Assembly: GCA_003707115.1 (NCBI GenBank)
Contig: PPNB01000007.1
Coordinates: 124,001 to 188,000 of the forward strand
From: Tortispora ganteri
Taxonomy: Eukaryota
Direction: 5' to 3'
Length of the DNA: 64,000 nucleotides
Made by a program: the position numbers and the translations under genes. Below, piece by piece: positions 20,298 through 28,293 of the stretch (the stretch's first letter is position 1; each line of letters starts with the position of its first letter). The notes under the pieces are model-generated. The model was not told the origin of the DNA. It made no database searches and saw only the letters and a program-made list of their open reading frames with translations.

Positions 20298-22280
20298 CTA
20301 AGATGCGTATAGCATATCAATCAGCATTGCGTCTACCAAAGAACCAGCTTTCAAGGTTCCTCCGGCAATGGAGTTAGAGCTAGGAAGACAAAGAAGCGCA
20401 TTAGAAGCGACCATAGAACTGATACGTGAGCTTCTTTGAAAGCCAGTGGTGTGTGCCATTAAACAGTTGCTGCTTGAGCTATACTGAACTATAGCACGCT
20501 GATATTCTGGTCTAAAATCGAGCTTGATATCAGATTCCAGCTTTACTCTAACTATGGGCAGTCCAGCCTCCTTGTAAGACTTTGCAATAATTCCCGACCG
20601 CACTCGAATCGCAGGCAAGATGAACAAGTGGAAAGTGACTGCAGCAGATGCAGGATTTCCTGGTAGTGCAAATATTTGTTTCTGTTTTCCGTTTAGAGAA
20701 AGCGTAGCATATGTAGTAGGTTTTCCTGGTTTCATTGCAACTCTTCCAAAGTGAATAGTAGCACCCAGTTTCTCTAATGTCGGTTTAAGAAGATCTTTCT
20801 CACCCATTGACACACCTCCAGTTGTGATAATAATATCGTAGGAATCCAAAGCATCTCTTATTCTGGAAATTAGAGATTCAGAGTCATCTGGAATAATTCC
20901 AAGATCAGCAGGCACGCAGCCCCAGTGTCGAACTGCACTGAGTAAATACGGTCTGTTAGCGTCATATATTCCGGCAACACTAGTAGTAGGAACACCTTCA
21001 GAGAATACATCAGATAACTCGTTTCCTGTAGAGAACACAGCAACAGAAGGCGAGGTATAAACACGAATTTCAGCAATACCAACAGATGCAAGCACCGCAA
21101 TAGCGGCAGAATCAATCTGTTGTCCTACTTCGAGTATGGAATCACCTTTGGCGATATCTGAGCCCGGGAATCTGATATTTTCATTCGGTTTGACACCTTT
21201 AGCCAGAATCTTCACAACGCGCTCTTCATTTCCGTCTTCTGTGGTTTCTTCGCACACAGTTTCTTCGACCATAACCACTGAATCAGCTCCTGGGGGAACA
21301 GGAGCGCCTGTTGTGATTCTGGCTATAGTACCGGAGACCAGGCCGGGCATATCTGAGCCAAATCCTGCCAGGGAAGAAGATACGACGGGATAGGAGCCGG
21401 GTCCATCAGAAGATACAACTGCGTATCCATCAACGATGCTAGCTGAGTATGGAGGAACTGGGATTGGAGCAGTGATAGATTCTGCCGAATACTTGCCGAT
21501 AATTGCTGGATCATTGATTCTGAGTTTGAGCACCAAAGGCTTAGGTGTAGTTTCAAAGATAATCTTAAGTGCTTCCTCCATGGGAAGCATTGGAAAGGGA
21601 GATTCGCGTTTGCGTTGGGCAGGAGCAGAGCTAGAATCGATTAAATCGTGTTTGGCTAATGGGCCATGAGAGTGAGAGTGATGAGAGTGGCTATGAGAAT
21701 GATGAGAGTGGCCATGAGAATGATGCGAGTGATTATAAGAACTAAGAGGAGAGGATTGATTTTGTTTGTCTTTAAGCATTTTTCGATGTAAAGTTCTAGC
21801 ATCATCGCCTGCAGTCTGTTCACATGCATGAGGAAGTAGCGGCAGAAGAGCATCTAGACATTCTGTAACAGCTTTAGGAGACCCAGGCAAGGTGATAACA
21901 ACCGATTTGGCTATAGTACCGGCGACTGGCCTGGCCATCATAGCGAACGGGGTGATTGCCAAGGAAGTAGCTAGTATGCCATGGACCAGGCCAGATGCGT
22001 GCCTCTCAATTAGCGGACTAATTCTTTCAGGCGTTTTATCCTTAAGTGTAAACCCTGTTCCGCCACATGTGATGATTAGATTTATTTTATCATTGTATGC
22101 GAGAGATCTGACTTCATCGACGAGTTCCTGACTGTCATCCGGGACATAGGCTGTGTAAGTAAGCTTGAAGTCATTAGATTTGGCTAGGATTTGTTCTACT
22201 GTGGCGACAACTTTGTCTTGAGAATTATCTTTTGCACAGGTCTCTGAGACGATTATTACGGCCACTGTGAGGGTGTTCAT
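20298..22280 (-). CDS. Gephyrin-like molybdenum cofactor biosynthesis protein (MogA/G domain + MoeA/E domain; CnxE/Nit-9 type)
   Basis: G domain (TCGGTGF, TPE, LPGSPKAV), a His-rich linker, and E domain (SIVDGYAV, RITTGAPVP, STGNEL, TTGGVSMGEKD, MKPGKP, LPGNPAS, QRSSRISS). Confidence 0.95.
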   Translation of the reverse strand: MNTLTVAVIIVSETCAKDNSQDKVVATVEQILAKSNDFKLTYTAYVPDDSQELVDEVRSLAYNDKINLIITCGGTGFTLKDKTPERISPLIERHASGLVHGILATSLAITPFAMMARPVAGTIAKSVVITLPGSPKAVTECLDALLPLLPHACEQTAGDDARTLHRKMLKDKQNQSSPLSSYNHSHHSHGHSHHSHSHSHHSHSHGPLAKHDLIDSSSAPAQRKRESPFPMLPMEEALKIIFETTPKPLVLKLRINDPAIIGKYSAESITAPIPVPPYSASIVDGYAVVSSDGPGSYPVVSSSLAGFGSDMPGLVSGTIARITTGAPVPPGADSVVMVEETVCEETTEDGNEERVVKILAKGVKPNENIRFPGSDIAKGDSILEVGQQIDSAAIAVLASVGIAEIRVYTSPSVAVFSTGNELSDVFSEGVPTTSVAGIYDANRPYLLSAVRHWGCVPADLGIIPDDSESLISRIRDALDSYDIIITTGGVSMGEKDLLKPTLEKLGATIHFGRVAMKPGKPTTYATLSLNGKQKQIFALPGNPASAAVTFHLFILPAIRVRSGIIAKSYKEAGLPIVRVKLESDIKLDFRPEYQRAIVQYSSSSNCLMAHTTGFQRSSRISSMVASNALLCLPSSNSIAGGTLKAGSLVDAMLIDMLYAS

Positions 22281-22357
22281 TTATGAATAGCTAATGGTGG
22301 TAGGAGTTTGTTTTGGGAAAGAGTTAGAAACCGATTCACATACATTAAAAGCCGCAA

Positions 22358-23308
22358 ATGAGTTTAATCAAAGCGTTAGATATCTGCGATTCGGTACCGT
22401 ACGAGGACTTAAAAGGCCCAGAATTATTTGACCATACAGGGAAAATTGTAATTGGTCGACCTCTGGAAGAGGTAGCTGATGCATTGAAGCGTGAGCCAGG
22501 GTTTGAGGCCGTGGGCGACGAAAGCGTCAAGTTCAGCAGCAAGTTGGTCTCTGTGGTTGACAGGACTAAAGCACTTAAAAACGTCTTGGTGAAATGGAAA
22601 AGTACAAAACAGTCTACAGCGTTCAGCGATCTTCAGGGCTGGAGAAATGAAATGTACACGTTGTTCGGCAAAGACGGCGAGGTATATTGCTTGTATGAGC
22701 GTGCTGCTTCAGGGATGCTCGGCTGTGTGTCCTTTGGCGTCCATATCAATGTGTACACTATTAATCCGCTGCGAATCTGGGTGCCGCGCCGCTCTTATAC
22801 AAAGCAGACATACCCCGGAATGCTGGACAATTCCATCGCGGGTGGCATTGGGTTCCCTGAGACTGTGTTCTCGACGCTTGTGAAGGAATGTATGGAAGAA
22901 GGCAACATACCAGAACACATAGCGCGGACAGCGAAAGCTGTAGATGCCATCTCTTACTACTATTTGAACCCACAAACAGGCGCTAGACAGCCAGAGGTCG
23001 AGTTCATATATGATCTCGAAGTCGACAGTGCGTTCAACGCCACCCCGAACGATGGCGAAGTCGCTGAATTCAAACTGCTTCAAATCCCAGAAATACTGAC
23101 TGCCATTCTCAATGAAGAATTCAAACCGAACGCCGCACTAGTAATCATATCGTTCCTTATTCGCCACGGTCTTATCACAGCCGAAAATGAACCCAACTAC
23201 CTCGAACTGCTTACGCGATCACACCGTCGATTGGATCTGCCATTACCCAACGGCTGGCCTGAGCATTCGGACCCGGAACTTCTACATATGGGCCTTGACC
23301 ATCTTTAG
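22358..23308 (+). CDS. Nudix hydrolase, YJR142W/Tnr3-N (DUF4743) family
   Basis: GWRNEMY, ERAASGMLG, WVPRRS..KQTYPGMLDNSIAGG, Nudix-like box KECMEEGN, PNDGEV and FKPN motifs. Confidence 0.9.
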   Translation: MSLIKALDICDSVPYEDLKGPELFDHTGKIVIGRPLEEVADALKREPGFEAVGDESVKFSSKLVSVVDRTKALKNVLVKWKSTKQSTAFSDLQGWRNEMYTLFGKDGEVYCLYERAASGMLGCVSFGVHINVYTINPLRIWVPRRSYTKQTYPGMLDNSIAGGIGFPETVFSTLVKECMEEGNIPEHIARTAKAVDAISYYYLNPQTGARQPEVEFIYDLEVDSAFNATPNDGEVAEFKLLQIPEILTAILNEEFKPNAALVIISFLIRHGLITAENEPNYLELLTRSHRRLDLPLPNGWPEHSDPELLHMGLDHL

Positions 23309-23474
23309 CACACAGGTATACTCGATCTACCGGCAGACATCGAATGTCTCCCTGGAAGTCTCTTCCACATTCGAACTGGGTTATCTTTATTTTTTTCTGT
23401 CCAATTTCATTAGACCTTTTGCTACTTTCAATGACTGGTGAGTCAAGGTCGAGCACTTCGGTGATACCCGACAT
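23211..23474 (-). CDS. SOM1: Probable Som1-like mitochondrial inner membrane peptidase subunit
   Basis: 87-aa ORF from the ATG at 23474 containing ITQFEC-x9-CLPVDRVYLC-x6-PYVEV. This resembles the Som1 pattern LxQ[WYF]EC...CxPxxRxF..C...EV as I recall it. It overlaps the Nudix CDS antisense. Confidence 0.6.
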   Translation of the reverse strand: MSGITEVLDLDSPVIESSKRSNEIGQKKIKITQFECGRDFQGDIRCLPVDRVYLCAKDGQGPYVEVPGPNAQASRWVMADPIDGVIA

Positions 23475-23827
23475 GAGTCGAATATTAAGCAAAATGTAAA
23501 GTGGTGGGGGGTGGTTACTCAGGTCTGAAGAGTAGACTAACTCCTCTTTGGGAAACGCATTCGCGCACTATACTGCCATTTGACGTTCCTCCTTGACATT
23601 CATAAACGTCTCAATACGCACTCTTACGTGTGAAGGTATTGTATAAGAACTGTCAAAGGTTTAAATTTGAACTAATGACGAGTCAACGGAATATCAATTT
23701 ACTGGAAATACGAAATGGCCAGCTCTGAAAATCCACTCTGGAACGAAAACCTTATTGACTTCCCCCAAACGGAAATTACGGCTCTGCAGTGGGGAGGGAA
23801 TGGGGGGGGAAACACCATCAGCTATGA

Positions 23828-23834
23828 TTACTAA
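23828..23834 (+). promoter_or_regulatory. Yap1 response element TTACTAA
   Basis: Exact canonical YRE about 110 bp upstream of the quinone oxidoreductase ATG. Confidence 0.5.
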
Positions 23835-23942
23835 TACTTAGACTACATCCCTTTTAAATTTATTCTTATCGATTTGACTCTTTTCGAATTGCTACATTCG
23901 ATTTTTCTATCTTACTTTCTTTGACTTGACTTTCTCATTAAT

Positions 23943-24905
23943 ATGAAGGCCTACGTATTCAACGAACATGGAGACTATACTACCATTAAACTAGGTGAGG
24001 CTCCTAAACCTGTACCCGCAGACGATCAAATTCTCGTTAAGGCGACTTACGGAGGTTTGAACTACATTGACTCGTACTTCAGAAAGGGAATATATCCCTG
24101 GAAGTTTCCTGCAATTGCAGGAGTAGAGGGATCTGGTGTAGTGGAAGCTGTTGGATCGAAAGTGACCAACTTTACCCCAGGCGACAGAGTCATCTGCATG
24201 GGTTCTGGAATGTTTGCGGAATACTTCGTAGCACCTATTTCTCGCTGTGTCAAGTTACCTGAGAATATCAATGAAGAAATAGCACTTGCTGGATACCTTC
24301 AGGGATTGACAGCGTTGACTTTAGCCGAGGAAGCGCATAAAGTACTCCCTGGTCAGTATGCGCTTGTTCATGCTGCCGCAGGCGGTGTAGGTCTTCTTCT
24401 TACTCAGATCTGCAAGGCCAAGGGCGCCATTGTGATTGGAACTACCTCCACACCTGAAAAGGCTGAGGCCGCGAAAGCCGCCGGCGCGGACCATGTCATC
24501 TTCTACAAAACTGAGGATATTGTAAAGCGCGTCATGGAAATTACCGACGGATACGGCGTGGATGTCTCTTTCGATTCCGTTGGAAAAGACACTGTTGATA
24601 TCACAATGGAAAGCTTAGCCAAGTTCGGATCTTTTGTTTCCTACGGAAATACCACTGGCCCTGTCCCTCCTTTCACAATCAGCCGATTATCGCCTAAGAA
24701 CAATCACATTTGCAGGCCCCAGCTTTTCGCTTATATTTCGACCCCTGAACGTTTAGAAAAGTATTCTTCAGAGTTGTTTAAAATGATTTCTTCAGGAAGT
24801 TTGAAGATCACAATATTCAAGGTTTTCGATTTTGAAGACTACCGACAGGCAGCGGAAGCATTAGAGACAGGCAAGACCAGCGGTAAAGTTCTCTTGAAGT
24901 TGTAA
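23943..24905 (+). CDS. ZTA1: NADPH:quinone oxidoreductase (zeta-crystallin)
   Basis: GLNYIDSYFRKGIY, LQGLTA, VHAAAGGVG, FDSVGKDT, SYGN and GKTSGK motifs. Confidence 0.9.
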   Translation: MKAYVFNEHGDYTTIKLGEAPKPVPADDQILVKATYGGLNYIDSYFRKGIYPWKFPAIAGVEGSGVVEAVGSKVTNFTPGDRVICMGSGMFAEYFVAPISRCVKLPENINEEIALAGYLQGLTALTLAEEAHKVLPGQYALVHAAAGGVGLLLTQICKAKGAIVIGTTSTPEKAEAAKAAGADHVIFYKTEDIVKRVMEITDGYGVDVSFDSVGKDTVDITMESLAKFGSFVSYGNTTGPVPPFTISRLSPKNNHICRPQLFAYISTPERLEKYSSELFKMISSGSLKITIFKVFDFEDYRQAAEALETGKTSGKVLLKL

Positions 24906-25024
24906 TCTTCGAATTAGTCAGTTATGCACATGTACTAAATACAGATGTGCGTATATGCAATTTAATATTGCTTTTAAACCTTTAACCAACTCAATTCCTA
25001 ATAGACTTTCACTATTCACAATAG

Positions 25025-25912
25025 CTATATTTCTCCATTAATAAGTCGATCAAAAACAGCTTTAAGATTTCTTATACCTTCCAAGACATTCGTATCAGGC
25101 CCTTGGCCTGGCGCTGTAGAAGAATGTGCAAAGTCTATTATGCGAGCGTGTGCAATTAGTCTTGATGTACTAACAGAGCTATCCTCACTGCTTTCTGATT
25201 GAGTATCTTCTGCTGCATTTTCAGCATATTGTTTAGCCTGAAGGAACGCTTCAGGATCTGTTTCGTAGACAAATAAGACAGATGCGGACTTCATTCGAAT
25301 TTCTGAGTCTTTAATAGCGCTTTCTATAGCGTTTAGATCTGTATACAGCCGAGAAACCACGTAGTCTCTATGTTCACCAGTTAAATGACCGAGGAAATCA
25401 AGTACACAAGTATGAAAGGTTTCTTCAGTTAAGCTTCGGCCGTATTGTTTATCATAAACAATTATCTGATTATTTTTGTGAACGCGCATTCCGGCAATTC
25501 TGACTCCAAGGCTGCCAGAGGTAGTGGCCGCGGCAACTGCAGAGAGTCGTTGTTTCTTGTCTTCGCTGGCGTTGTCGTCGTGCAGCACTTTCCCGAGTTT
25601 TGCATCCATAATGGATGGTTTGCTAAAGCCATTCGTGAGATTTTCTAGTACTAAATAAATTTTTTCGTTGTCAATTTTGATCGCACTATCAACAATTGCG
25701 GCTTCTGAATCATTTAGGCTCTCGATCATCTTCCCCGGCGTCAACGTCCCTAGAAATCGTGGCATGAGCTCCGCCAGTTCTGCGAGGCTTTCATTACCTT
25801 GCACATCCGTGTAAAACTTCAGCTCTTGCGCACAAGAAGGCTTAAATAGCAGTTGACCAGAGGCGTCTTGCAGTACACCGTCGTGACCTGCCGCCTGATC
25901 TACGGGTCTCAT
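25025..25912 (-). CDS. ARG82: Inositol polyphosphate multikinase
   Basis: QAAGHDG, LENLT, PSIMDAKLG (PxxxDxKxG), SASVLFVYE and IIDFAH motifs; start at the ATG at 25912. Confidence 0.88.
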   Translation of the reverse strand: MRPVDQAAGHDGVLQDASGQLLFKPSCAQELKFYTDVQGNESLAELAELMPRFLGTLTPGKMIESLNDSEAAIVDSAIKIDNEKIYLVLENLTNGFSKPSIMDAKLGKVLHDDNASEDKKQRLSAVAAATTSGSLGVRIAGMRVHKNNQIIVYDKQYGRSLTEETFHTCVLDFLGHLTGEHRDYVVSRLYTDLNAIESAIKDSEIRMKSASVLFVYETDPEAFLQAKQYAENAAEDTQSESSEDSSVSTSRLIAHARIIDFAHSSTAPGQGPDTNVLEGIRNLKAVFDRLINGEI

Positions 25913-26028
25913 GGTGTGTAGGTTAGTGCTGTTGTGAGAAAGGGGAGAAAGAAAGGGGAAAGACTGAGAACGTAGAGGGGACACTACAAATATACAGCAA
26001 CATACATTTGTAAACAAATAGCACAACG

Positions 26029-26435
26029 TTACAGCACCTTAAAATCACTGAATATTTGTGATTTATCAGTTATAAACCCGTTTTTTGAGAATTTCACTCC
26101 TTCTTTCTGTAGAAGGCTGAGTTTTTTGTGACAATGAGCGCCTTGGACTCCCCAGGATCCATTGAACCCACCAATGTACCCTGAGGAGGAAATAACGCGA
26201 TGACATGGGACTTTTGGCGCATATGGATTTCTTCGCATAGCTCCACCTATAGAGCGCGGTGAAGATCCGCTTGCTTTAGCTAGAAGCTTGTACGTAGTGA
26301 CCTTGCCTTCAGGCACCTGGCACAAAAGCTTGTAAACGCGCTATTGTTAGCATTTAACATCATCAGAGCGCATTTAGCGCTGTTACCGGTACTCACTTGT
26401 TCATATAACGTGACCTTGGTCTTTCTATTCTCCAT
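26029..26435 (-). CDS. MGT1: O6-alkylguanine-DNA alkyltransferase (single-domain, ~116 aa); exons 26435-26397 and 26340-26029
   Basis: Splicing GTGAGT...TGCTAAC AATAG gives MENRKTKVTLYEQRVYKLLCQVPEGKVTTY, followed by the HTH motif RSIGGAM, catalytic PCHRV and LQKEGV. Confidence 0.88.
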
Positions 26436-26575
26436 TACCACAGGAAATGCAAAGTAGGTCGACAGACAGCGGAAATCACACTGTTTCGCAAATATGAGTC
26501 ACTAAAGATGGTGTGTTTGATCGCTTTGAAAAACGCGGGGCAAGAAACTCCCAAAGTTGACTAGACTTCGTGATT

Positions 26576-28144
26576 TCACAGCGGCGTTCCATGTACTCGA
26601 ACGCGATAAATACACGTGTAATTCGGATTTCCATAATTAGAATTGATCTTGAATATCACTTGTCTCATAGGAACATTTAATCGGGATATTCTAGGTTCTA
26701 CTTCCACTCGTTGAACATTGGAAGGTGCCTTCACATCGTATGTCCCTGATCCTAAATAAACATACTCCTCAGGTAAATGACTCTCAGGTTCCCTGTTCAG
26801 CAATCGGATAGTTTCTCGTGTTTTCGCATTTGACACTAATCCCCATAATTCTACTTCTTTGAATGCAGATTTCACAGACTTTAGAGCAATACTGGGGGCG
26901 TGCTCTAGCGAGAATGCCGTGACCACAATGTCTTGCGCGAGCCGTATTCCCAGAGTACCATTCGATCCAGCCATAGGCCAGCAGTATGCTGGATCAGAGC
27001 CAATTTGAAGAGCAGTATTTGGACGATTAACATAGTTCCATGGAAAAATATTAAAAAGTCCAAAAAAAGCAAACTTGCTTTCCTTGAAAGTGGCCGAAGT
27101 GTGTCGTTTGATGATTGATCCGCCCTCATCCTCTAGAGCGTAATCCCGGCTGTTTTTTTGATCATAGTTCTCCCCAGGAATGACCTCAGGAATTGCCTCT
27201 ACTATGCTCTGCTTTATAAGCCCTCCAGGCTTTAGCTGATCTTGCATGACGCTTTTTACCACATTTGGAATATACTCTATAATATTCTTCCTTAGCTGAG
27301 CTCCAAAGTGATCCAAGTATTCCTGGTTTTTTATGTCCCCAATGTCGGCGCCGTTATCTGTTTCACCCTTCTGAACGGTCTGCTGTAATTTTATTAAGGA
27401 GATCTCATGCTCTAGCTGTTTGATCCTAGACTCTATCTCCCCCGTATCGGCAGGCTGGTACACTGTAGAAACTACAACATTCGTCCAAGTGAATACCGGC
27501 CAGGCAGTGGGCAGCGTAGGTGTAGGAAGACTGACACGGATCAATTCAATGTCGCTTTCTTTTAAAATCCATATTACGGTGCCAACAGATAGTAATGATA
27601 TGAGACCAATTGTCAACTTCTTGCCAGCTCTCGATACTGTTACTGTTATGAACTCACCAATGCGTTTCCCCAGGGTCCAAAGAAACATCAATGGCAGCAT
27701 AACCACAATCAGTGCCAAATGGATACATTTCCTTATTTTCTTTGTGAGTCTATACTTCTCAATAAAAGTTTGATCGGTAATATTCTCAAGTATAGCATCT
27801 CCTTGTGCGAAATCATCTGCTGCATCTTCCGGATCACTTTCCAAATCAGTCTCTTCCTCACTTGCTACACTCTCGCTCACTTTGGAGTTGTCTTCATCTT
27901 CTGAAGACGTATTTGATATGCCATTAGAGTACCGCCGATTGTACCTGTCTATTAATGATTGTCCGGCATCTGCTGTCAGCTTTCGTTGTTGTGTTTGTGT
28001 TCGCTTACTAAGACTAGGACTTACTTCGAACTCTGGTATCGCAGTGGACCGATTAACGCGTCTAGCAGCACTCCGAGTCACAATAGACAAAGGAACCTCC
28101 GAAGAAGCTCTCTTACCACGTCTTACCGGCGTGGCAGGCGGCAT
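26576..28144 (-). CDS. SUN-domain inner nuclear membrane / spindle-pole protein (Sad1/Mps3 family)
   Basis: Basic then acidic N-terminus, TM segments, coiled coil, and SUN domain (DYALEDEGGSI, CWPMAGSNG, SNYGNPNYTCIYRVRVHG). Confidence 0.92.
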   Translation of the reverse strand: MPPATPVRRGKRASSEVPLSIVTRSAARRVNRSTAIPEFEVSPSLSKRTQTQQRKLTADAGQSLIDRYNRRYSNGISNTSSEDEDNSKVSESVASEEETDLESDPEDAADDFAQGDAILENITDQTFIEKYRLTKKIRKCIHLALIVVMLPLMFLWTLGKRIGEFITVTVSRAGKKLTIGLISLLSVGTVIWILKESDIELIRVSLPTPTLPTAWPVFTWTNVVVSTVYQPADTGEIESRIKQLEHEISLIKLQQTVQKGETDNGADIGDIKNQEYLDHFGAQLRKNIIEYIPNVVKSVMQDQLKPGGLIKQSIVEAIPEVIPGENYDQKNSRDYALEDEGGSIIKRHTSATFKESKFAFFGLFNIFPWNYVNRPNTALQIGSDPAYCWPMAGSNGTLGIRLAQDIVVTAFSLEHAPSIALKSVKSAFKEVELWGLVSNAKTRETIRLLNREPESHLPEEYVYLGSGTYDVKAPSNVQRVEVEPRISRLNVPMRQVIFKINSNYGNPNYTCIYRVRVHGTPL

Positions 28145-28293
28145 CGTGTGACTTTAAAGAGTATTGTCTTTGTGTTGGTAAACATGTTACGGTCCCTACG
28201 TGTTTTCCTACACGCCGCTTTTCCTATTTAGGAAAGTCACAACTGCTATAAGGCGATGATCTATTCGTTTATATAATTCTCATAACTAAAGAA

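Noticed and set aside
26341..26396. AGCGC/GCGCT hairpin and CTGATGATG in the MGMT intron as a snoRNA
   Set aside because: A 56-nt intron is too short to host one, and the boxes are wrongly arranged.
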